Origin: Ruditapes philippinarum
Lineage: Eukaryota
Reading direction: 5' to 3'
DNA length: 64,000 nt
Assembly: GCF_026571515.1 (NCBI RefSeq)
Contig: NW_026857759.1
Coordinates: 1 to 64,000 of the forward strand
Part shown: piece after piece, positions 53,448 to 64,000 of the stretch
How the letters are laid out: each line of letters begins with the position of its first letter
Numbering within the stretch: position 1 is the stretch's first letter
Program-made: the position numbers and the translations under genes
The notes under the pieces: model-generated
What the model was told of the DNA's origin: nothing
The model's database searches: none
Seen by the model: the letters and a program-made list of their open reading frames with translations, nothing else

Positions 53448-53760
53448 AACCCACGGTGACAGTCCCGGAGAATAGTGTAAAGCTGACACAACCCACGGTG
53501 ACTTTTAGGGGGTTCTTAGCGCAAAGAAAAACCCACGGTGGCAGCCTCTGAGAATAGTGTAAAGCTCACACAACACACGGTGATGGGGCTTTATGGGGAT
53601 ATTAGCGCAAAGAAAAATCCCACGGTGGCAGCCTCAGAGAGTAGAGTAAATCTCACTCAACCCACGATGATAGGCCTTTAATGTGGATTCTCAACGCAAT
53701 TAAACACACAGTTGCATCTTCAGAGAATATATTAAAACTCTCACAACCCACGATGATAAG
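53448..53760. repeat. ~42-bp minisatellite with an alternating A/B (~84-bp) higher-order pattern
   Basis: acccacggtg starts about 8 monomers. Odd monomers contain gagaatagtgtaaagctcacac and even monomers contain ttagcgcaaagaaaa. Confidence 0.9.
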
Positions 53761-56700
53761 CCGCATGACATGGTAGTTTTGTGGACCGGCGATTTGCTGT
53801 TTCTGTATATAAACTGAAATTTTCGTAAAAAGCACAATATTCTCAAGACAACCGATAAAAACAATTTGTGCATGATTTCAATGCGGATTCTGTTTTGTAC
53901 AAGTTTGGTAGTTCTTCTTTCCAGAAATATAAGGCGCATAGCTATAACTCAAGAAAGATGACAAGGTGATTTCCGTGTGGCAAGGTCGTTTTTGGACTTG
54001 CGATTTCTTTCTTTCTGTATATAAACTGAAGTAATATACGAAACACACAATAATCTCGAGACAACAGTGAAATCAAAAACATTTGACTGATTCCGACGCA
54101 TTCATAAAGGAAATTATCTCATGAGTAATACCTCATGATAAAATGAAGGCTACGTACTTAAAATACAAAAAACAACAACAAAAAAAACCTCTGACCTTAT
54201 GATACAGTAAATTTTATAAGTTTGGACGTTCTACTGCACAGAAATATCAGGCCCAAACCCTCATTTAAATACACTGTCCGAGGAATTTCCGCGTGCCATG
54301 TACGTTTTTCTGGACAGACATTTTTTTTCTTTTTGTATATAGATATATCAAGTGAATATATTTTCGACAAAAGCACCATTTTTTCGAGCAACCGTGATCT
54401 AAGAATAAAATATCAGGATTTTTTAAAGCATAAATTGGGTATTACCGGTTCCTTCCAAATATTTAAATTTTTCTATAGCAAAAGTCCCTAAACACGAAAC
54501 TTTAGTGCGTTTTCAATGTTTACTTGCAAATTAGTCAATATCTATAGAGGTACATGTAGTATTTGCTATTCATGAGTAACTAAATTATTTACAAACATCG
54601 CTACAATTATGTCTACCATCGCATATCTTAATAGAAGTTGTATACGCTATCAGCTAATTTCCTTATTTTCCTCAGAGAAAATGGTGCCGAATTCATAGTA
54701 CATGTATTTTAACTAAAATTGTAAGTCAATGGAAATAACGCTATACACATTAGGGAAGCTGTATAATGTTTGTAGTAATTACATTTATTTATTTCTCAAG
54801 GTTTCGTCCATTGGAAATACATTTCCTTTGTCAATACTCTCTCGATTAAAAGTAGTTTAATTGCCCCAGTGTACTAAATTTAGTTTGTAGAGACACATAT
54901 AAAGTAATTAAGACAGTTAGCGCCAATTAACTCTATGTATAGCTTGTTTTATTTAATCTAATTTTTTGTTTTAGTATTTCCACTTATCAGAATTAAATAC
55001 CAAACACGAACATCAAAATGTCAGATGAAAATAACTGAAATTTAACAGCTCTACAATTCTTGTAAAGTTTAACATTTTACGGGCATCGTAGAGTTACCAC
55101 CACGTTTTGAGTCATGAAAATGAGAATAACTTTAAGTTTTCAACGAAACTACAAATTGTATTATCTTAACAGACAATTGTTCTTGTGTTGTACTTTGATT
55201 TTGACTGCAGATACAGTATACAAATTTATTCGCAATCAGTGTCTATCTTATAGAAACTAATACGTAAATCGTACCTCTAGCTGGTACTATTCATTCTGTC
55301 GAAAAACGAGATAAAGATAAGGAGAATGCATATATCATTTCATAGATTTAGCTTTTCTTTATCAACAGTGCAGTACTTATATATGTATCTAAAGGCACAT
55401 TATTCTTCAGAAACAAATAATTGTTTAACTCTTTAAAAAGGGCAAACATGAGTTTTATATTTGTTTTTATAATGGTTTTACAACAAAGTAAGATGCTTAT
55501 CACCTGAAGAAAGTAGCATTATAACATATGGAATTATTTGTAATAAAGTAAGCACAATGTAAACAAAGTAGTATTTTGAATCTTATGCACTTTACAAAAT
55601 ACTAAATCATGATCACTGTACACATAATTATTGCTAAAAAGCAGCAAAAGCAAACGATGGTTCATGTCATCGACCAATGTGTAACTTTTTGGAAACTATA
55701 ACAGGACTCCACAAAAGAAAAAAAAATCTTTTGAGAAATGAAATAAAAACAATACATTTGTTAGGCATGATGGGTCTTCACCATCAAGTTCTTTGCCGAA
55801 AGTTTACGTGATATTCCTCACTGCAAGTGACATCAAATATTAGCCGGCTTCATTCTGACATCTCATTCTATCCTCAAATATTTACCTTACTGGATATTTG
55901 GTAACATTTGCGATACTAGGGTCATATAAATCTGTCAAAATATGCCTGATAAGAAGGATTTATGATGAAAAGAGTGAATTATGACATCGGTGTCATAATT
56001 AGACAAAGAAATGAGTACAGGTCAAATTTTATTACGATAGATAATACAAGTAAGAAATAGATCTGAAGAGCTCGAGAACGCAAATAGTGATAAGTATGAC
56101 AAAAATCATTAAAATTATTGGTGGAAGATAAGCAGTCTCCAAGGCAATCATAATCAAAGCACAGAAGGCGCTGAATTTGTTTGGGTCTCAGAATGTAAGA
56201 AAGGTGCAGGTTGTGAGATTATATGTATAGTGCCACCAATGCTTTCCAGCGTTTTAATTGTAGTAAATTGGCTATAAGACTAATTGCAACACTGATATTC
56301 AATCCAATGTTTATTTGACTTTAACAATTTAAAAAAATGAGTTACCTTTACTGGGTTTTGAAGTCCAGACCTCTCGCTTCCTAAGCGAGCCCGAAAACCC
56401 TTCAGTCACGGTGAATTTATATGTGAACGGCCTGAAGAAAACCATATTATTCTAAATTAGGGCTTGTAACGGCTGTTGTTTAACACAGATGTAAATAATC
56501 CTGGAGCTTACTATAAGCATGTATATTTATAAAGAATCAAAGGGCTGCAAGTTCTGTGGTATTTTCTGATCTTTGCAATCTAAATCGTACTGTATATCTG
56601 TATGCATTTTCCTGTATAAGTTTATTTTTATGTATTATAATTCATTTTGTAAGGCACCAGAGTTTGATACATACGGAATTCTGCATAACTAGAGTTGCAT

Positions 56701-56809
56701 AAAAATCATTTAGGTTCTATTTTTACGATAGCCACACTTTATCCTTGCATAGCATGGCTACTTCCTTAACAAAAACACTTAAAAAAAAGAATTTAACCAA
56801 AAAAAAAGT

Positions 56810-56881
56810 TTCCTCGACTGGGATTCGAACTCGAGACCTCTCACTCACTAAGCGAGCGCGTTACCACTGTACCACGGAGAA
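56810..56881 (-). pseudogene. tRNA-like Pol III unit (Thr-AGT-like anticodon loop); pseudo-tRNA or solo SINE head
   Basis: A-box TGGTACAGTGG, anticodon arm ctcgc-TTAGTGA-gtgag, B-box GTTCGAATCC, imperfect acceptor stem, and a T9 run just downstream. A more decayed copy lies at about 56340-56415. Confidence 0.6.
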
Positions 56882-56886
56882 GTTAT

Positions 56887-57443
56887 AACAGCAGGTGTCA
56901 AGTGCTGTGTGGCAGCCGTAAAAAGTTGCCCCGTACTTCACTTCAGTGTTGTTATATTTTCTGGTCCTTCGGGATCATTGATGCCAGCACTATAAAGTGT
57001 TGAGAATTGAGTACCGCTCATGCCGGTGCTAGGGGGCGTGAGGGATGTTGCACTTATTCATTATCCCTCATGTACAGACTCAATCAAACCGAGTCTGCAA
57101 TTCTTATGTTATTTTGTTGTGATTAATGCTTCCGAGGGATCACTTTGTTTCCAGAATTTTGTACTTCACAACAGCAGGTGTCAAGTGCTGTGTGGCAGCC
57201 GTAAAAAGTTGCCCCGTACTTCACTTCAGTGTTGTTATATTTTCTGGTCCTTCGGGATCATTGATGCCAGCACTATAAAGTGTTGAGAATTGAGTACCGC
57301 TCATGCCGGTGCTAGGGGGCGTGAGGGATGTTGCACTTATTCATTATCCCTCATGTACAGACTCAATCAAACCGAGTCTGCAATTCTTATGTTATTTTGT
57401 TGTGATTAATGCTTCCGAGGGATCACTTTGTTTCCAGAATTTT
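56887..57443. repeat. Exact 274-bp tandem duplication with a 9-bp junction insert
   Basis: 56887-57160 equals 57170-57443, separated by gtacttcac. Confidence 0.95.
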
Positions 57444-57499
57444 ATACACAAATTTTCTGAATAATATCAAGTCATTCTAAATTTAGAACTTCCATTGCA

Positions 57500-57720
57500 G
57501 TTCGGGTTTGTAATCCTTATTAATTTCGAGGTATTTTGTTCAGGGTAAACCTGTTGTTTAAAATTGAAGTAAATATTTTAGCGAAAATCCTCTCGCCCAA
57601 ACAGTCCGACATGTAGAATCTATATATTCCACTACTCGGTTTGTGTAGTATTCGGTAATCGACATGGCTAAAAATAGTATTTTCATTGATAAAATCATAT
57701 TCATCCGCGTAATTTGTGAT
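57500..57720 (-). mobile_element. Possible rearranged LINE reverse-transcriptase fragments
   Basis: KIFTSILNNR and NYADEYDFINEN resemble the LINE RT segment KLFTSILNNRL..Y.E....ENQ, but occur in reversed order. Confidence 0.35.
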
Positions 57721-59296
57721 TGTGCATTTATTGACAATTCTATAAGCCAACGCTATTGTTTAACTTTAAATGCGTTGTAATTTGTTGGATACTTGTAACA
57801 AAATAAAATATTTCTTTCTTTTAAATCGCTAGTTTTAAGCTGTTTTGAGAACTACTTGTTGTTAGGTTTGTCGTAAACTTCTGTGTCAGAGATTGAATGT
57901 CCGCTTTGTATTTAGTTATTTTCGATCAGAAAATACAATAAAACAATATTAGAAATCTTCGACCATTCGGGAATTACTTTGCTTGAAAATTGATGCGCCT
58001 GTCTTTGACCATCTTTACGCAGTGATCTTCCCTGAATTTTTCGGCTTTAGTGTACATACAAAAGGGAAGTAACCGCTTCAAAAAAGTGGACTACTTTCGG
58101 CATTTGCAATTAACAACATTAGACTCTGAAATTTCGCTACCATTATTCGACCCAAACAAATAAAAATGATAAGTAATAAGCGCGCCACAGTTTCTGACGA
58201 TACAATGTAATTTGCGGGGAGCTAACTCTTGTTCACAACTATCTACAATTATTCTTGGCATTACTCTGAATTCTTAAGAATAGCGACTTCTTTTGTGTAT
58301 AAAATTTTTTTCAAGTTAACTTTGGTGTCATAATTAATTGTAAAACTTGCATGAACTTTATCAATGATTTTATCAATGACGTTTTTGTTCACAATGAATG
58401 CTACACTAATAATTCTGATAAAAAAAGAACACACATTGTGCTCTGTTTCTGGCTGTATGCATTTTGTACTTGTTTATTTCGAGCGTTCTGTATAACAACA
58501 TCGGTAACATAAAACTCATAAAGTAAATGGGCCATTATTGAAAGCGTGTGTTTTAAGAATAAACACTATGTTATTGCTAATGAAGGTTAAAAATCGTGGG
58601 GAGATGCTCAAACGCTGTGCACGTGCTCTTTTTTTGCGAAAAGAACAAAGGGATGTTGTTCCCTTATAGCTCATAATTGGATATCAAAAAAAGCTTAAAA
58701 CAAAGTAATTAATTAGGCGGCACAGTATTTTATCTTGTCTTGAACTTATCTCAAATAAATCTGGAATGTTTATTATTGTAAATTAGAAAGCACCGTGACT
58801 TGTATAATATGTAAGCGAAATGTGAACATACGTATAAAGGGAAGAAACACACCTGACTATAAGTTTGAAGTTGTGAGGAATAATCCCCCTTAAAAATAAT
58901 TAAGCCAGAGATGATATGTTTTTCAATTCGTTAGCAGTTCATAAAACATTTTTATAAACGTACAAAATACTATTTATATCAATATGTGTACAGTTGTCAG
59001 TAATAACGATCTAAAGACCTATTGCACGCAAGTTCGAATTCAGGGCCAAACAAGTGTATTAACGTGCCGATTTCATGGAAGAAAGGATAGGGGTATGTTA
59101 GAAGGGTTTCGGAGAGGGACGGGGGAGTTTAATACTAACTCTGGTCATCTTTTTATAATGATTGGAGTTGTTATGATTTTAATGTTTAACTAATAAGCAT
59201 GCACGTTTGATTATAACAAGATTAGTAACTACATTATTCTCGTAATTAATATGAGGTTCATCACCAGGTGAATCAACCTTTAAAAGCTAAACAGGC

Positions 59297-59568
59297 NNNN
59301 NNNNNNNNNNNNNNNNNNNNNNNNNNNNNNNNNNNNNNNNNNNNNNNNNNNNNNNNNNNNNNNNNNNNNNNNNNNNNNNNNNNNNNNNNNNNNNNNNNNN
59401 NNNNNNNNNNNNNNNNNNNNNNNNNNNNNNNNNNNNNNNNNNNNNNNNNNNNNNNNNNNNNNNNNNNNNNNNNNNNNNNNNNNNNNNNNNNNNNNNNNNN
59501 NNNNNNNNNNNNNNNNNNNNNNNNNNNNNNNNNNNNNNNNNNNNNNNNNNNNNNNNNNNNNNNNNNNN
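59297..59568. other. Assembly gap (N run)
   Basis: Run of N. Confidence 1.
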
Positions 59569-60589
59569 GTAACGCGTCTGACTTGATCGTCGTTTTGATT
59601 ATTTGTAATAGCTATTTTTCATTTCCAGCAGATGCAAATTAATGAAAGGATTCTATATAATGCGTATGTAATGGATTTTTGATATACAGCTTGTGGTGCT
59701 TAGTTATCATAGCAATTTTGTTACTTTTTTTGTTAGTTGAATAAGTTATATTGTTGGAAAATAATAAAGCAATAGTTCATTAACGTCATACTTTATGTAA
59801 TATTCATACAAAAACGTTGCATAACGTTACCGCAAATATCATTGTATAATGTTTTATGACTAGTTATCGGCGTATGTTCTTTATATTTGTGATATTTCTG
59901 ATATTTCTGTCATGAAAAAAAAATCAGACTAAATCGCATTTTATGCATACCGCTATCCGACAGATTTCATAAAATTATATACTTTACAAACAATAAATAA
60001 GAAAAAAAAAAACACTTTTAACAACCTTATGTACTATGTTAATGTGAGTGATTTTTGTCAATGTCTGATTAATAAAAATACAATGAAAATTAATACTGAA
60101 TAAAATGTTAATAACTCTTTTTCTTAACCATTCCCGATTGGTTTGGGAATATATGTTTTTGGTAAATTTAACGTCGATCTACTTTTTTCTGGAACACTGA
60201 TTATGGTAAAAGGATAAAACAATTTAAAACAAAGCCTGTCTTTCTGAAGGAACACCTGGGACCAAAGCTGTGTTCCATGTTTTATGTAAAAATGTTTCTT
60301 TTTATAGAAAACGTAGTTATAAATAAACTTGTTTAATTGTATTTTCTGTCCAGCTGTTATTCTCGCTGAGAACAGATTTATATTAAGTAAAGCTGATCAC
60401 ACTTCGTGATTGATTCTGATGCAGAATTCACTACTTAACCTTTGACAAAAATACCTTCAAGTTAAATGATGTTTTGTTGTTGTTGTTGTTGTTTTTTGGT
60501 GATTTTGTTGTTCTTTTATGTTTTTGTTTGTTTTTCTTTTACCTTTTTGTTCTTATTTTTTCTTTCGGAGGGGGGGGGGGGGGGGGAAA

Positions 60590-60847
60590 GACAGGATGGT
60601 TTACGTCGTGCCAAAACTGTGAATGTGGTATGACCGTTTTCCAGCTTTACCGTTGGAAGAAAACATCTGGTGTCCCCTGTGCATTATTTCAGACACGGAG
60701 GGTCACCTGAGTAGAACCAACGGCGTTCTTTAAGTTGGCTAAACATCTGTTTCATATATTTCAATGTCACTGGCTGGTTTCGATCATTCTGCATCTGCTT
60801 GCAAAGGCAAGTCAACGACCTTGAACCATTCTTACACGGTCGCCCCT
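60590..60847 (-). mobile_element. Degenerate SINE
   Basis: Homologous to 46187-46378. Ends in a decayed tRNA-like head (aagtcaacgaccttgaaccattc..cacggtcgcccc). Confidence 0.55.
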
Positions 60848-62039
60848 TCAAATACAAGGCTAAATACAATTTATAAAGCGGGCATAGTTTGGTAGATTTT
60901 TTATTAAAAACTGATGAGATATAGCTATGCTATGTTAATGATAATGTGTTGAGCATAATTAGCCATTTGTGAAATGTTAAGGCCTTAGTTATACTTATGG
61001 GCGAAAGTATTTTTAATTCTTCGTAATTCTGTAATATTTATAGTTACGCTTTATATAATTTGTTTTCGTGAATGTATTTGTGATTTTTATGGTAAATGAT
61101 AAAGGATAGACACGTGTACCAGACATTAGACAGACAATGTAACCAATCATATTCAATGACGACTAAAAATGAAATAAGTTTTGCAAACTATGGTATTTTG
61201 TCATACAACGTCAGTTTGTTTAACTGTTCAATTAACAATTACCATCAAAGCATCATCTAAAAGTACTTATTTTAACAATGACTATATGATAACAAGATTC
61301 TTTTGTAAATATTGTAAATTCCATTTTTTTTCAACACATTTTCTATAAGAATGATTATATTCTCTCTGATCGCAAAAGGCTGCCAACTAAAGTTATACTT
61401 TCATATCTTGATATAAATGTAAAACAATACATAATTTAAACTCCTGTATCACAACACAAAAACAATTATGTCAAATAAATGAATTAATGGGGCGTTTTTG
61501 ACAGAATACTTCATTCACAATTATTTTCCTGCTAATTGAACATAATGAGCATGTTATTTTCATCTTACTTCTTAAATCCCAAAGGCAATGTATTTCTTGA
61601 CAAGTATTAATGGCAACTGTCACAGAATCGGCTAATAATTACGAGCGAGAACTATTTTACTAATACGCATCCTATCAATAACCACATTGGTATAATCTGG
61701 TCTTGTGTATCGATTCACCCGCAAAAAAAATCGTGCATCAAAGAAATATCAGGAAATACTATTGTTTTGTCAACTAAGTACCATCGACACGATGCATCTA
61801 ATTCATTGCACTTTTCCATGTCTTAACAAATTTTGGCGACTTAACTGCTTCACTGGAAAAATACCTCAGTTGTTCCTCTATGCACAATTAGACCCCTAAT
61901 TAGATCTATCGACCGTCTTACGGATGACAGAACATTTTAAATGGAATGGGCAAGGATGAAATCATAACGTTTCAACTTTTAAGTTTATTGTTATTTTTGT
62001 TTGTTTGTTGCCTTTCTTTTTTTATTTTTCGTTTCTACA

Positions 62040-62229
62040 AAATCTAATTTCTTTCAATTGTGGAGAAATTTATACGCTTTAAAATATACTCTCGAATCCG
62101 TTACAGGAACCAATCAGTACTAAGCAATGAGTGTAAAGTAACGACTGGTCCCTTACGGGATTTGAACAACGTGGACTCAGCAGTCTTTGAATTTTAAGTC
62201 TGATGAGATAACCACTCAGCCATGTCGCC
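62040..62229 (-). mobile_element. Degenerate SINE of the same family as 13477
   Basis: Minus strand: ggcgacatggctgagtggtt..gttcaaatccc..cattgcttagtactgattggttcc..cggattcgagag. Confidence 0.65.
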
Positions 62230-64000
62230 TTTTTTATCTTTTTATTTAATTACTTTTTCATTTAAGTTAAAAGGGGTGTTTCAAAATTAATGCATAAAAT
62301 TAAAGTCTAAACAAGACCCATATAGTGTAAGCCCCAAAAGGATATCATATCAAAATAAATTGTTTATAAATAGTTGCGCGATAGCCATCACGTCAGTTAG
62401 GTTGTCTCTGAGGCATATCATCGGCACTGGTTTATTTCATTTGGAAGCAAATACAATTTGTTCTCGTCGTATACTACATGCATGATCTGAAGTGACATGG
62501 ATCAAATATGCTTAACAGCTATTATGTTTGCGACAAGAAGTATTTTCCGAACATAATATTTTGTGCTGAAACCTATGTGGATTAGCTTGAATAGGTTTGC
62601 ATATATGGGCAACCCTTATGTCTAAGAACGCCCTGTGCTCGGGAGGTCTTATACTGAATACTATATCCTTTATTTTACTTTTTTTCAAAGTAATTCCTCC
62701 GAAATGAAGAAATGTCATTACTAAATATTTTTGTGAGAATGTTTAACAACACTTGAGCATAAACTTTCTTTATAGGTGTCGAGTTAAATGTATGGCAAAC
62801 ATATCCTTGTTCAATGATGATGCTCCGTAACACAAGTCTAGACAAAACTTATTTTCCACTTGTTAGTGGGAAATGAAGGACGAGCATTAGATAAAACACC
62901 TAGTCCCGTGTGATTTATATCTATATACATTTTCTCCATAAATAAGATTAATCGTCTTATAGACCATTTGATCCCTTTAAAAACTAACGTTTTGCTTTAT
63001 ATTTTGGAACTGGATAAAAATATTTCATTTTATTGAAGGCAAATCTTATTATTCACAAATCGTGTTAGTTCACACATCGTTTAATAAACACTTTCAAAAC
63101 CATATAATTTGCTTTTAGATTCATACACTTCAATAGAGGTTTTAGATGTTCCCTTTAGATCGTTTCTGTTAGAATTTAGTACTCAATCTAGCATGTTGTT
63201 GTATATATCTAGTGCATGATACGCCCTCTAAGAAACTCTATTCCATTGCATAATATGGCCTTTTTCGGTTTCTTTTTTGATTGAAAAAAAGTATAACTTT
63301 CAAAAATGAAATTGCTTTTCAATAAAGTTATATATATGTTAGGCGGCATATTATTCTAAATTTACACCTTAACGCACTACATAAAAAATATCGTATCTTT
63401 AATTATGGATATCAATACTTTAGAGACAATTATACACGTAAGACAGTTTTTGGCCTGAACAGAAAACGATCACCGCTTACATGTTCTATACATAAATTGT
63501 TATTATAAGAATCAAGATCAACATAATATAATGTATTCTCAAAGCATGTTCTCCAAGTTCCTATTGTATAACATTAACATTAGTAAAATGGCATGTGCTG
63601 TTTCAAATGTTTTAATATTTTTACAATATATAACTGTTCCAAAGCTCAAGCCCAAGATTATATCGAAAACTGAAAAGAATTAAAGGCAGGTTTCAAAAGA
63701 ATAGCTGAAGCCAAAACTCGGAAATGTTGAAGCGATGATCTTGCACACAGAATCAACTTTTTTAAGCTTTCTACCAAAATTCTTTACAGATTGAGAGATA
63801 CTAAGCAAAAAGTTAGTCTTTATTGAGTTCAAATGGTATATAGCTTGTAACCCATTCAGAGCGCTTTAAGAATATGTACCACATGAGGACGATTAAAACG
63901 TACTTTAAAACGAATTTGAAAATTAGAAATGTGTGTATAGGCAAAAATTAGAGCACTTTATTGTGAATAACGATTCCATGTTAATTATCAATTTAGTAAG

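Noticed and set aside
53448-53760. Regularly spaced repeat resembling a CRISPR array (also 39679-39962)
   Set aside because: The intervening sequences are themselves repeats, there are no cas genes, and the context is eukaryotic.

Overview
AT-rich, repeat-dense eukaryotic genomic DNA with two assembly gaps. The repeat content resembles that of bivalve molluscs (inference from recognition, not a search). It carries one clear protein-coding gene: an SLC26/SulP anion transporter (prestin/SLC26A6-like, with a STAS domain) on the + strand. Its whole transporter body is one 2.1-kb exon (34296-36395), and an upstream 15-nt ATG micro-exon (32194-32208) joins it in frame. The rest is mostly transposon debris: a CR1/L2-type LINE remnant with a nested Helentron/HINE-like element, three Sola-like foldback MITEs, several tRNA-derived SINEs, hairpin-headed elements, minisatellites and old local duplications. 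The best candidate for an undescribed system is a set of duplicated phase-0 ATG micro-exons (MDVKEE at 15404, MDVKE at 22679, MAADT at 32194). Each could splice to the same SLC26 body exon, which would give an alternative-promoter, variable N-terminus arrangement. The transporter also has an unusual anion-binding site. All splicing models are inferred from sequence only. No prokaryotic or CRISPR system is supported.
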